NCBI GenBank assembly: GCA_030656575.1
Contig: JAUSPO010000039.1
Location: forward strand, 8,724-72,723
Origin: Bacillota bacterium
Lineage (GTDB): Bacteria; Bacillota; Dethiobacteria; DTU022; UBA8154
DNA: 64,000 nt
Direction: 5' to 3'
A program made the position numbers and the translations under genes. Below are positions 27,332 to 37,626 of the stretch, piece by piece. The stretch's first letter is position 1. Every line of letters begins with the position of its first letter. The notes beneath the pieces were generated by a model that worked only from the letters and a program-made list of their open reading frames with translations, was not told the DNA's origin and did no database searches.

Positions 27332-28759
27332 ATGGCTAATCTTATTGTTTTGACAGTAACCGGCTTTACCTTTCTGGCAGTAATTTATGTTTACCTTACG
27401 CGGCAGCGTTATTCCACAATCGATGCTTTTCTTACCGCCAGGGGAACGATGGGGACCTGGCTTTCCACAGCCACGGTCTTTGCTTCCATTATGGGAGCGT
27501 GGATACTTTTTACCCCGGCAGAAGCGGGAACGTGGGGAGGAATTACAGCGATCACGGGATATGCGGTTGCACAGGCCGTGGCGATCATGATTTATGCCAA
27601 ACTGGGACCCCGCATGCGGCGTATTGCCCCTCATGGTTCTACCCTGGTGGAATTCGTTTACTACCGCTTTGGCCGGCCCATGTACGCCATAACCCTGGTG
27701 GTGGGGATTTTTTATATGGCTGTTTTTCTTTGCGCCGAGTTAACCGGCATTGCCCTGGCCATAAAAACGGTGGTGGGTTTTCCATTGTGGGTAACCGCCC
27801 TGCTGGTCGGCTCGGGAACGCTTATCTACACAGCTTACGGCGGAATCCGTGGCTCAATTTTTACCGATGCGGTTCAGGCAATTATTATCATACCGGCCCT
27901 GCTGCTTGTCTTTACGGTTGCAGTCTTAACGTCAGGTGGACTGGGAACCCTATTTTCGTCTCTGCGGGAGATTGACCCCTCATTGCTGAGCATGGGGCAC
28001 CGGGGCGGTTGGAATTTTGCCCTGACCCTTTTGATCGCGATTGTGTCCGCCAATTTATTTCATCAGGGCTTTTGGTCAAGAGTTTATGCCTGTAAAGATG
28101 TAAGTGTGGTCAGAAAATCATTTCTTTATGCCGGGGTAGTCATTGTTCCAGTTGTATTCCTGGCGGGGACGTTTGGCCTTATGGCAGTTAGCAGGGACTT
28201 ACTGGACACTCCCTCTGCAGCGCTTTTTGAAGTTGTTCTGTCCGTGACCCCATTATGGGTTCTTCTTGTGCTACTGGTATTGGCTCTGGCGTTGGTAATG
28301 AGCAGCACTGACACGCTGATCAATGCCATAGCCGCTGTCTTTACCGTGGATATTGCCCGGTTTTTCCCCGCTGTTTCCACCCACCTGCTGCGTACCTGGT
28401 CCCGTATCCTGACGGCAATTCTTTGCGTGGCGGTAATTGGCGCAGCCTCACAGGGTTACAGCGTCCTCTACCTGTTTTTGCTTGCCGACCTGGTCTGTGC
28501 CGCAGCTGTCTTTCCAACCTTTTATGGCCTTTATTCCCCGCGTTTAACCGGCCAGAGCGCTGCGCTGGCAGTACTAAGCGGCATTGCTGCAGGGGCCCTG
28601 ATCTTCCCTGATCCGGCATTCACCAGGGGGGATTTACTTTCTTCTTTTCTGGCAGCGCTGCTTGTACCGGTTATTCTATCCCTAATCCTGGCTCAATTCA
28701 GCAGATCAACTGTTGACTTGGGAAGCCTGGCTGAGAAGGCTTATGATATAAAAATGTAA
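27332..28759 (+). CDS. Sodium:solute symporter (SSS) family transporter, probable thiamine-precursor (HMP/thiamine) importer (ThiV-like)
   Basis: 475 aa, about 13 TM, SSS-family architecture. First gene after the TPP riboswitch. Confidence 0.55.
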   Translation: MANLIVLTVTGFTFLAVIYVYLTRQRYSTIDAFLTARGTMGTWLSTATVFASIMGAWILFTPAEAGTWGGITAITGYAVAQAVAIMIYAKLGPRMRRIAPHGSTLVEFVYYRFGRPMYAITLVVGIFYMAVFLCAELTGIALAIKTVVGFPLWVTALLVGSGTLIYTAYGGIRGSIFTDAVQAIIIIPALLLVFTVAVLTSGGLGTLFSSLREIDPSLLSMGHRGGWNFALTLLIAIVSANLFHQGFWSRVYACKDVSVVRKSFLYAGVVIVPVVFLAGTFGLMAVSRDLLDTPSAALFEVVLSVTPLWVLLVLLVLALALVMSSTDTLINAIAAVFTVDIARFFPAVSTHLLRTWSRILTAILCVAVIGAASQGYSVLYLFLLADLVCAAAVFPTFYGLYSPRLTGQSAALAVLSGIAAGALIFPDPAFTRGDLLSSFLAALLVPVILSLILAQFSRSTVDLGSLAEKAYDIKM

Positions 28760-28798
28760 AAGGGGTATAATTTGTAAAGAAAACAGGAGGAAGCAAAA

Positions 28799-29305
28799 AT
28801 GAAAAACTCACTGGTAAAAACATTTCCCCTGCGCAAAATTGTGGCGGTTGGTTTGCTGGTAGCCCTGGGCGTGGTGGCAGCACCTCTTTCCATCCCCGTG
28901 GGAGTGGCCAAGGTATATCCGATCCAGCATGCCATTAACGTACTGGCGGGGGCCATGCTCGGTCCGGGTCCGGCTGTCATGGCGGCTATACTTACCTCAA
29001 CCCTGCGAAACTTAATGGGAACAGGCACACCATTGGCCTTCCCGGGAAGTATTTTTGGAGCGCTGCTGGCCGGTCTGGCTTTTCGCTACCTGAAAAGGGA
29101 TTATTTCGCCGCAGCGGGGGAAATTGTGGGCACAGGCTTAATCGGCGGCTTGGTAGCCTTCCCCCTGGCTAAATGGATATTGGGATTTGCCGGGTTGGCG
29201 TACGCCTTTATCATCCCCTTCGCCTTGAGCAGCCTGGCCGGCTCTGTTATCGGAGTTATTATCCTGCGGCTCTGGACCAAAACAGTAAATCGGAACATCC
29301 ATTAA
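28799..29305 (+). CDS. thiW: ThiW-family thiazole (HET) transporter / ECF S-component-like
   Basis: 168 aa, 5 TM, Gly-rich helices. Position in the TPP-regulated operon between the transporter and thiD. Confidence 0.6.
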   Translation: MKNSLVKTFPLRKIVAVGLLVALGVVAAPLSIPVGVAKVYPIQHAINVLAGAMLGPGPAVMAAILTSTLRNLMGTGTPLAFPGSIFGALLAGLAFRYLKRDYFAAAGEIVGTGLIGGLVAFPLAKWILGFAGLAYAFIIPFALSSLAGSVIGVIILRLWTKTVNRNIH

Positions 29306-29360
29306 CAACGGTTTAAGGATAACCTCATAAATTAGAGTCGTAAGGGAGCTGGGAAACTTG

Positions 29361-30194
29361 ATGAAAAGAAATGCAAAAAAAATGCCCTGTGTTATGACTG
29401 TAGCCGGCTCTGATTCTGGTGCCGGTGCAGGCATACAGGCAGATCTTAAGTCTATGGCAGCCCAGGGCGTTTACGGGCTGACTGTAATTACTGCTGTAAC
29501 GGCGCAAAATACGCAGGGCGTGGATCAGTTCCAGGTAATGTCTCCCCAACTGGTGGAAGCACAGATGGATGCCGTGCTGCGGGACTTTCCCGTCATAGCT
29601 GTTAAGACCGGCATGCTGGGAAATGCTGATCTCGTTGCCGTGGTGGCCGCCAAACTTCAGCAATACTGCTTTCGTGGTATCGTAGTAGACCCGGTAATGG
29701 TGGCAAAAAGTGGTGATTCCCTCCTGGAAGAGGATACACAGGCAGCCATCCGGGATAAATTACTACCCCTGTCTCTTGTTATTACTCCCAATATCCCGGA
29801 GGCGGAAGTACTCTGCGGTTTTCCAATCACCGGTATAGATGACATGAAAAAAGCAGCCCGCTCACTGCATGCAAGAGGCCCTGCCTTTGTTCTTTTAAAA
29901 GGGGGGCACCTGCAGGGTGAGGATGAGCTCACCGATGTATTGTACGATGGGACAAGATTCTATTTTTACCGGGCTCAGCGTATAAACACCAGGCATACAC
30001 ATGGTACCGGCTGCACATATGCTTCGGCTATCGCGGCTCATCTTGCCCTGGGACGGTTTGTTCCCCAGGCTGTGTTGTCAGCACGCAGGTACCTTCAGGA
30101 GATCCTGCCCTGGCACCCGGCACTGGGAAAGGGCAGCGGTCCCATGGATCACTTTGCTGCCTGGCGGCAAAAGGTTGACGCTGGGCGCTTTTAG
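29361..30194 (+). CDS. thiD: Hydroxymethylpyrimidine/phosphomethylpyrimidine kinase ThiD
   Basis: VMTVAGSDSGAGAGIQADLK motif, ribokinase fold, length 278 aa. Confidence 0.85.
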   Translation: MKRNAKKMPCVMTVAGSDSGAGAGIQADLKSMAAQGVYGLTVITAVTAQNTQGVDQFQVMSPQLVEAQMDAVLRDFPVIAVKTGMLGNADLVAVVAAKLQQYCFRGIVVDPVMVAKSGDSLLEEDTQAAIRDKLLPLSLVITPNIPEAEVLCGFPITGIDDMKKAARSLHARGPAFVLLKGGHLQGEDELTDVLYDGTRFYFYRAQRINTRHTHGTGCTYASAIAAHLALGRFVPQAVLSARRYLQEILPWHPALGKGSGPMDHFAAWRQKVDAGRF

Positions 30195-30245
30195 CTGCCG
30201 GCATGCAGCTGGACCGTTCTGCCTTTAATTTGAGGGGGTGTAGGC

Positions 30246-31088
30246 ATGATCGATGGTAAGGCTATTGCTGCTATTATAGAACAGGTCCGCCTGGAAAGGC
30301 CCCTGGTCCACCACCTGACCAATTACGTGACCATGGGGGATTGTGCTGCCATAACTGCATGTGTGGGAGCACTGCCCGTAATGGCGCAGGCGGAGGAAGA
30401 GGTAGAGGAGATGGTAGCGTCAGCTCACGCGGCAGTGATTAATACGGGAACCCTTTCCCCATCCCGTGTCCGTGCCATGGGCCTGATGGGGATAAAAGCC
30501 CGGGAAAAGGGCATTCCCGTTGTTTTGGATCCGGTGGGTGCGGGGGCAACTTCCTATCGGACGGGGGAGATCCTGGCATTGATACGAAATATAATGCCCC
30601 CCATTATCAAGGGAAACAAGGCTGAGATCGGCTTTCTGGCAGGTGTTCACGGCGTGAAGATCAGGGGAATACAAACGATAAGTGAAACTGGAGATTCCCT
30701 TGAAACGGTACATCAATTCAGGGAAAATCTCCATTACCACGGGGTGGTTGCCATGACGGGCCCGGTGGATATTATTTATGATGGCAGGCGCCTGGCCCGT
30801 GTTTTTAACGGACATTCCCTGCTGCCTATGGTTGTGGGAAGCGGCTGTATGGCAGCCTCAGTCATTGCGGCTTTTGCAGCCGTGGAGGAAGACCACTTTA
30901 CTGCCACCACGGCAGCCCTGGCAGCCCTGGGCGTAGCCGCTGAAATAGCGGTGAAAACCGTGGACAACGGGGGGCGGATGGGACCTGCCGAGTTCAGGAA
31001 CCGGTGGTTGGATGCCCTTTTCCTTCTGACAGCAGAGCAGCTGGCCAAGGGTGTTCGGATAGAGGTGGATGCAGGCTGTCAGGATTGA
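30246..31088 (+). CDS. thiM: Hydroxyethylthiazole kinase ThiM
   Basis: LVHHLTNYVTMGDCAAIT and VINTGTL motifs typical of ThiM. Confidence 0.85.
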   Translation: MIDGKAIAAIIEQVRLERPLVHHLTNYVTMGDCAAITACVGALPVMAQAEEEVEEMVASAHAAVINTGTLSPSRVRAMGLMGIKAREKGIPVVLDPVGAGATSYRTGEILALIRNIMPPIIKGNKAEIGFLAGVHGVKIRGIQTISETGDSLETVHQFRENLHYHGVVAMTGPVDIIYDGRRLARVFNGHSLLPMVVGSGCMAASVIAAFAAVEEDHFTATTAALAALGVAAEIAVKTVDNGGRMGPAEFRNRWLDALFLLTAEQLAKGVRIEVDAGCQD

Positions 31089-31114
31089 TTTAATCTGTGA
31101 AGGAGGGGTTGGAC

Positions 31115-31765
31115 TTGTCTTTATTGAAACCCTTTGACCTGAGCGTGTATGTGATTACGGATACACGTCTGTCCAGGGGGCGTACAAATCAGGAAGTTAT
31201 ATTGAAAGCTATTGCGGGCGGAGCTACCTGTATCCAGCTGCGGGAAAAAGATCTTTCCACCCGGGAATATTTCCACATGGCACTGGCGTTAAGAGAACTC
31301 ACGCTGCAGCATGGTGTTACCTTTATTATTAACGACCGTTTGGATGTGGCCCTGGCCGTTGAGGCCGATGGCGTGCACCTTGGAGAGGATGACCTGCCTG
31401 CGGCGGCGGCGCGTCCTATTATGCCCCCGGAAATGATCCTCGGTGTGACTGCGAGAAATGTGCAGCAGGCGTTGCAGTTTCAGGAGGCCGGTGCTTCATA
31501 CCTGGGAGTTGGTTCTGTTTTTAGCACTGAAACGAAGGGAAATACGGGTAAACCCATCGGCTTGCAGGGTTTGGCGGATATTGCCCGCAGGGTGAAAATA
31601 CCGATTGTAGGTATCGGGGGTATTACCGCTCAACGAGCCGGGGAGGTAATAACAGCAGGCGCGAGCGGCGTGGCCGTAGTTTCGGCTGTGGTCTCTGCAC
31701 CGGATCTAACCGGAGCCACACGGGAATTTGCCCACGCTGTTAGCAAGGCACGTTCACAGGCTTAG
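31115..31765 (+). CDS. thiE: Thiamine-phosphate synthase ThiE
   Basis: LYVITD, IQLREK, FIINDR, GVHLG, GIGGI motifs. TTG start chosen 7 nt after GGAGG (ORF track starts at GTG 31097). Confidence 0.8.
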   Translation: MSLLKPFDLSVYVITDTRLSRGRTNQEVILKAIAGGATCIQLREKDLSTREYFHMALALRELTLQHGVTFIINDRLDVALAVEADGVHLGEDDLPAAAARPIMPPEMILGVTARNVQQALQFQEAGASYLGVGSVFSTETKGNTGKPIGLQGLADIARRVKIPIVGIGGITAQRAGEVITAGASGVAVVSAVVSAPDLTGATREFAHAVSKARSQA

Positions 31766-31779
31766 CAAAGGAGTAAAAA

Positions 31780-32793
31780 ATGGTGAAATTACAAGACTTG
31801 GGGGAATTTGCCCTCATCGGGCACCTCACAAAAAAGATGAGAGCGTACGGTGATTCGGTAATCCTGGGGATTGGGGACGATGCGGCTGTTTTTCGGGTTG
31901 ATGGTGGCAAATACACTTTAGTGACATGTGATATGCTTGTGGATGGACATCATTTTTGGCGGGATCGAATTACACCGGAGCAGCTTGGCCATAAAGCCCT
32001 GGCTGTCAGCCTCAGCGACATCGCCGCCATGGGTGGTGTGCCCCGCTATGCCCTTCTTGCAGTGGGATGGCCCTCAGATGTGGACGTTGACTATGCGGAA
32101 GGAATCTATCATGGGATCGAAAAACTGGCCGCTGCCCACGACGTTTTTATTATCGGCGGTGATACGGTTAGTGCGCCTCAGCTTATCCTGGACGTGACGG
32201 TTATTGGAGAGATGGAAGACAATCCTGTGACGCGGACAGGTGCCAAAACAGGCCATCTCTTTGCCGTGACGGGCTCCCTCGGGGCATCGGCTGCCGGCCT
32301 GACATTACTGCAGAACGTAACTTCCCGGGACGTTATCCTTTCTGCCGCCTCACGGCAGGCATTGCTCCGCTCCCACCTGCTGCCTCAACCGCGCGTAAAG
32401 GAAGGGGCAGTTATACTTAAGACCGGTTGCCCTTCTGCCATGATCGACATCAGTGATGGGCTGGCCAGTGAAATATACCATATCTGTGAAGGCAGCGGGG
32501 TGGGAGCAGAAATTGATATTACGTGCTTGCCTGTCCACGAAAGGACAAGACAGGCCGGGGAGTTACTGGGAAAAGATTATCTCAATTGGGCCCTTTATGG
32601 CGGCGAAGACTATGAACTGCTTGTAAGCCTTGCGGAAGAAAATGCCCTGACCGTACAAAAAGAATTGCGCGCAATGGATGTTGATTTTACGATTATCGGA
32701 AAAGTCATGGTAAAAGAAAAAGGTGTAAAACTTCTCTTGGGCGATGGTAAGGCAGTGGATATGGAGAAAAAGGGTTTTGATCACTTTTCCTGA
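31780..32793 (+). CDS. thiL: Thiamine-monophosphate kinase ThiL
   Basis: AIR-synthase-related fold, GDDAAV motif, 337 aa. Confidence 0.85.
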   Translation: MVKLQDLGEFALIGHLTKKMRAYGDSVILGIGDDAAVFRVDGGKYTLVTCDMLVDGHHFWRDRITPEQLGHKALAVSLSDIAAMGGVPRYALLAVGWPSDVDVDYAEGIYHGIEKLAAAHDVFIIGGDTVSAPQLILDVTVIGEMEDNPVTRTGAKTGHLFAVTGSLGASAAGLTLLQNVTSRDVILSAASRQALLRSHLLPQPRVKEGAVILKTGCPSAMIDISDGLASEIYHICEGSGVGAEIDITCLPVHERTRQAGELLGKDYLNWALYGGEDYELLVSLAEENALTVQKELRAMDVDFTIIGKVMVKEKGVKLLLGDGKAVDMEKKGFDHFS

Positions 32794-32945
32794 CAAATAA
32801 AGGACGGTAGCGAACATGACTTAGTATATAAGAAAAAACCGTTGGACAGACGGGGTTAGCTTGGTAAATCAGCGCTGGCTGGTACGTCCCAAGAAGCCCT
32901 CACCTCTAAGCGTTAGCGTAGGTGGTGGGAGCATGTCACGTAACT

Positions 32946-34190
32946 TTAGGGTTTATTGGCAATTCGGATCTTTTTGATGCGGTTATTCTCGACCTCATAC
33001 ACAGTAAATACCGCATTGGAATACTCCATGGTTTCATCTTTTGCCGGAACACGCCCGAACAGGTGAAAGATTAAACCTCCGATAGTGTCGTAGTCTTCCT
33101 TGGGCAGATTAAGCCCCAAAAGTTTATTAATCTCCTCTACGGCTACCCGAGGACTAACTGTAACTTCGCCCGGTCCAACCATCTTGATTAGGGGTTCAAA
33201 TTCGTCATATTCGTCCCTAATTTCGCCGATTATCGTTTCCATTAAATCTTCAAGAAAAGCCACTCCTGCTGTGCCCCCAAATTCATCCAGCACAATGGCA
33301 ATATGAATTCTTTCCCTCCTGAATTCTCTTAGGAGATCACTAATCAGTTTTGATCCGGGTACAAAGTAGGGTAGACGCATCACATTTCTTACGGTATTGT
33401 TTTCAAGTTGTTGGCAGTATTTCATCAAATCTTTAGCGTACAGAACACCGACTACATTATCCAAATTATTTTGATACACCGGCAACCGGGAGTGAGAAGA
33501 ATTTACGACAATTTCCCATGCTTTTATTAAATTAGTTTCAACAGGTAACGCTACCACATCAACCCGTGGCATCATAACTTCACGCACCAGGGTATCATTA
33601 AGCTCAAAAACATTGTCTATAATTTCCTGCTCTTGGTGTTCTATAGTGCCTTGGTCTTCTCCCAAATTTATTAGAGTTCTTATTTCTTTCTCCGTGATAA
33701 AAATCTGATCCGGATGCACTTTGCCACCCAGCAGCCTGATAAGAAAATTAGCAATGGCACCCAAAATCTTTATTATTGGATAAAATAAGACCTCTAACCA
33801 ACTAATAGGCCGTGAAACCTGTAAAGCAAGCTTTTCCCCATTAATTGCCGCATACGTTTTTGGGGTAACTTCACCAAAGATCAGCATCAGTACTGTCATT
33901 ACACCTACCGCTATTCCGACACCGGATTGGCCGAAAAGACGTAAAGCTACTGATGTAGCCAACGCGGAAGCACCAATGTTTACAATGTTATTTCCAACCA
34001 GAATTGTTGACAGTAATTTGTTGGGGCATTCCAATAACTTATATACTAACGTAGCACCAGGTATACCTAGTTCAACCAGGTGACGTGCCCGTAATCGGCT
34101 TAAAGACATAAGTGCCGTCTCAGATCCAGAAAAAAAAGCGGATATTAGTATTAGGATAAAAAGTAATCCCCATTCCCAGGCAGCAACCAT
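32946..34190 (-). CDS. CNNM/HlyC/CorC-family transporter (DUF21 + CBS pair + CorC_HlyC domains)
   Basis: N-terminal 4-TM DUF21, two CBS domains, C-terminal CorC-HlyC transporter-associated domain. Confidence 0.8.
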   Translation of the reverse strand: MVAAWEWGLLFILILISAFFSGSETALMSLSRLRARHLVELGIPGATLVYKLLECPNKLLSTILVGNNIVNIGASALATSVALRLFGQSGVGIAVGVMTVLMLIFGEVTPKTYAAINGEKLALQVSRPISWLEVLFYPIIKILGAIANFLIRLLGGKVHPDQIFITEKEIRTLINLGEDQGTIEHQEQEIIDNVFELNDTLVREVMMPRVDVVALPVETNLIKAWEIVVNSSHSRLPVYQNNLDNVVGVLYAKDLMKYCQQLENNTVRNVMRLPYFVPGSKLISDLLREFRRERIHIAIVLDEFGGTAGVAFLEDLMETIIGEIRDEYDEFEPLIKMVGPGEVTVSPRVAVEEINKLLGLNLPKEDYDTIGGLIFHLFGRVPAKDETMEYSNAVFTVYEVENNRIKKIRIANKP

Positions 34191-34377
34191 TGACTATCTC
34201 TCCTTTATCTGGCTAATCTCGGCCTAGATTATTGTCTCCACACTCGGAGTCTACTATTTATCTATTATCTATCCCTTGTGATTAGTTAGTTTTCATTTTT
34301 GTTTTTTATCAGTTTAATTGGCAGTCTATTGGGGAAACTAAAAAATATTGTAAATACAGGCATGGAACAGAAGACTT

Positions 34378-34740
34378 GTGAAAAAATTGCTGGCAAGGCT
34401 GTTTACTGGTAAACGTGATCGTACAACAAAACAGAAGGAATCACACGCCGATCAAGCTTTTAGCGGCGTATTAAGTAAGGATGAACAGCTGGTAAGGGAT
34501 GTTTTTGCCAACTGTGGTGATGTGATCTACAGGAACCTGAGCATACCCGCCCTGGAAAATCGTAAGACTCTTATAGTAATGGTGGGACACCTGGCCAACG
34601 GCGAAATCGTGAACCGGGATATTATTGCCAGGTTGGCGGCACCGGTGCCAGGAGGAGAAAAAACGGCAGAAACTCTTCTGGACTTTAAACACAAGATACT
34701 TCATACTTATCGGCAACGCAGCAAAAGAACAGGGTTCTGA
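34378..34740 (+). pseudogene. Spore germination protein GerA-family (A subunit), N-terminal ~120 aa fragment
   Basis: GerA-family N-terminal pattern (RNLSIPALENRKTLIVMVGHLANGEIVNRDIIARL). Full-length members are ~500 aa. The ORF stops and no continuation follows. Confidence 0.5.
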
Positions 34741-34899
34741 CGACGATTTTCCTTAAAAAAACTACAGTGCCTTGACACGATTGCCACAAATATATGATTT
34801 GACATCCGTTCCTTCAATGGCTTATGATTCTTATATTGGAAAAGTAAATTCCACAGTGGCAGAGTCTTTGTATTCCTAATATTGGGGGAAGGTGCACTA

Positions 34900-35361
34900 A
34901 TGAAAAGGAAGATTGGCCGAAATGGAAAATGTATCTGCGGAAGCGGCAGGAAATACAAGAAATGCTGTTTGGATAAAGAAGAGCCTTTCGCTTTACCTGC
35001 TGAGCTGATGCAGAAAAGCTTTGAACTGCAGGATTTAAACAATATGTTGAAGCTCGGATACGAGCTGGTTGAAGAGGGCAATGATATTGAGGCTTGCAAT
35101 GCATGGCTAAATTTTTGGGAGATTTTAAAAACCTATCATATACCAGCTATGAAGTCCATAGAAGACGCCCGGAAAATCACTGAATTCGAACAACCGCTCT
35201 CTGACTGGTGCCGGGATTTTATGACATGTTTGCAAAATTGCGTCCGTAATGACGGTAATTATCATGAAAAGCTAACTGATTACTGCAGGGAATTTTGTGA
35301 ACTGTTCCCGGAGACAGACAAAGATATTGTTGAAAACATGAAAGCATTAGTATCTGAATAA
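34900..35361 (+). CDS. SEC-C motif domain protein
   Basis: N-terminal CICGSGRKYKKCC metal-binding SEC-C motif. Confidence 0.6.
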   Translation: MKRKIGRNGKCICGSGRKYKKCCLDKEEPFALPAELMQKSFELQDLNNMLKLGYELVEEGNDIEACNAWLNFWEILKTYHIPAMKSIEDARKITEFEQPLSDWCRDFMTCLQNCVRNDGNYHEKLTDYCREFCELFPETDKDIVENMKALVSE

Positions 35362-35394
35362 CATCTTGGTCAGGAAGTACAAAAAAATTAGCTT

Positions 35395-36744
35395 TTAACA
35401 ACATTCTTCATCATGGTAAATATTTCTGCAGTTTGTTTCTTTTATAGTCAGAGTAAAAGCAAAGGCAATTATCAGGGTGATCAAGCATGCGCCAAGCAGG
35501 GACCGGTAAGCTGCCAGGGGGTAAATCTTTGCCCCCGCATTTAAAACGCCTTCCCAGCGCAGGTCCAGAATATAACCCAGGAGCGGTTGTAAGACAGCCA
35601 TACCGGCAAAGGGTCCGATATTTACCACGCTTAGTGCTATACCAGAGAAAGTGGGCTCATTTACCTCCTTGGCCAAAGGAAGGATAGTGGACGAACTGCC
35701 GCTGCCAAAACCAATTAAGAAAAAGATAGGATAGAGCGCATGAAGGGGTGGTTGCCCGTTGTTCCAGAAGAAAAGCAGTGCCCAAATTGCAATATAGATG
35801 CTTAAAAGAATCAACATAGGCAGTTTGCGCCGGCGGAGTTTGTCTGAAACAAATCCCATAAAGGGGTGGCCTACAATCATTCCCAGTGGAACTGCCATGA
35901 TCAGGCTTGCAGATGCGTTTCTTGTTAAACCGTATATCTGCATAAGGTAAGAAACGCTCCAGGTACCTGTAAAAGCGAATAATGTTCCATATATTCCGAA
36001 AGCATTGGCAAAAAGGGGCCATGTCCTGGGATTTTTAATTACGGCTTTTAAGGCTTTAATAAGTTCGCCAAAACTGGCTTTAGGGGCCTCTTCCTTTTGT
36101 TCTTCCTCTGGCCCGGAAAGCGGTTTTTTGTTTTTTCCAGCGATGACCTCTCCAGGGTTGTCACGGACTACCAACCAGCATAAAAGGGTAGCAAAAAAAG
36201 TCACTCCTCCGATAATCACAAAAGAGGTCCTCCAGCCGACGCTGTTTACCAGAAGGGCAAAGGGAGTGGTTCCCAGGGCCACACCAAGGTTACCGGCCAG
36301 AAAGGTCAGCCCCGTAATGGTAGCAAATTGTGAAGGTTTAAACCAGCTTATCTGAAATTTTAAGATAGAGACGAGGACTACCGAAACCCCTAAGCCAACC
36401 AGGCATCTTCCCACGAAAGCAAAAAATAAATTTGGCGCCAGGGCAAAGATGACGGACCCGGTGCAGGCAACAAGCATTCCTGCAGTTACCGTTTTGCGTG
36501 GCCCCCAGGAATCGGCCAGCAGGCCGGAGGGGATCTGCATAATCATGTATAAAAGGGCATAACTGGCCACCAGGGCCCCGGCCATGGCGGCATCATGAAT
36601 ATTCAGGTCAATGATCAGATAATCCAGGATAACAGCCAGGGAAAGGCGGTGAAAAAAGACAATAAGATAGGTAAATGCCAGTATCGCCCACATGGTCCAG
36701 GCCAGCCTCCGGACCTGCTTTTCCTCAAACAAACCTTCTCCCAT
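35395..36744 (-). CDS. MFS transporter
   Basis: 449 aa, 12 TM helices with central cytoplasmic loop. Confidence 0.7.
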   Translation of the reverse strand: MGEGLFEEKQVRRLAWTMWAILAFTYLIVFFHRLSLAVILDYLIIDLNIHDAAMAGALVASYALLYMIMQIPSGLLADSWGPRKTVTAGMLVACTGSVIFALAPNLFFAFVGRCLVGLGVSVVLVSILKFQISWFKPSQFATITGLTFLAGNLGVALGTTPFALLVNSVGWRTSFVIIGGVTFFATLLCWLVVRDNPGEVIAGKNKKPLSGPEEEQKEEAPKASFGELIKALKAVIKNPRTWPLFANAFGIYGTLFAFTGTWSVSYLMQIYGLTRNASASLIMAVPLGMIVGHPFMGFVSDKLRRRKLPMLILLSIYIAIWALLFFWNNGQPPLHALYPIFFLIGFGSGSSSTILPLAKEVNEPTFSGIALSVVNIGPFAGMAVLQPLLGYILDLRWEGVLNAGAKIYPLAAYRSLLGACLITLIIAFAFTLTIKETNCRNIYHDEECC

Positions 36745-36771
36745 TAAATATCTTCCTTCCCATTTCTTGGT

Positions 36772-37431
36772 TTATTTTGTGAGCACACACACGTTTTTCC
36801 GGTCAAAGGTTAATACTTTCAGCCCGAGCCGCTCGGCCAGGACAGTAAAGGTCCTGGGCCTGAAAAAGGAGATATGGGTGGAATCGCGCCTGTACCACCA
36901 ACTACTAAATGATGCTGCATCCCCGGGGTGGAACAAGGTCATGATCGCCAGGATTCCGCCACTATTTAAGTGTTTTTTAAGCAGCTTTGCTGTTTGCAAA
37001 GGGTCTTGCAGGTGTTCGAACACCTCAGTAGCCGTAATAAGGTCGTAGCACTTAGTTTCATAAGTTTTTTCCGGAGCAAAATATGGGTCATAGGTATCTA
37101 CCTGAAATCCTTTTTGCTGCAAGAGGGTGGCCAAAACCGGGCTGGGGCCGCAGCCAAAATCCAAGGCCGTTTTAATTCGCTCCGCATAAGGGTCAACAGC
37201 GACTTTCATAAATTCTTTAAACATGTTTACATAGCCTTCATTTTCCATGGAATTGTTGTGCTCCTTATAACGGGCAACCTCTTGCTCTGGCGGCACAATC
37301 GCCGCCTCGTCCATAAAGATGAATTCACAATCGCTGCAAAGATAATAATCGATCTGAAACTTTTTGTCCCTTATGATTACCGTTGCCCCGGAACAGATCT
37401 TGCAGTCATTTTTTTTCATTAGTAATATCAC
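36772..37431 (-). CDS. Class I SAM-dependent methyltransferase with N-terminal zinc ribbon
   Basis: CKICSG...CSDC at the N-terminus. Motif I LDFGCGPS. Confidence 0.65.
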   Translation of the reverse strand: MILLMKKNDCKICSGATVIIRDKKFQIDYYLCSDCEFIFMDEAAIVPPEQEVARYKEHNNSMENEGYVNMFKEFMKVAVDPYAERIKTALDFGCGPSPVLATLLQQKGFQVDTYDPYFAPEKTYETKCYDLITATEVFEHLQDPLQTAKLLKKHLNSGGILAIMTLFHPGDAASFSSWWYRRDSTHISFFRPRTFTVLAERLGLKVLTFDRKNVCVLTK

Positions 37432-37626
37432 CTTTTATATTTAAATAATCTTATTTTTTCTTGTTTGTTTATTTGCTATTATACCAGCAAATTACTTTCT
37501 TTGTGGAGAGTACAGGGCTATTTTTAATCTCAAAGGTCCGTATGTTCAAAATTCTTCTTCATTTTACAAGATACACCTGCTATGTTATAGTTTAATTTGT
37601 TTATGCACATAGAAAGGAACAAGCAG

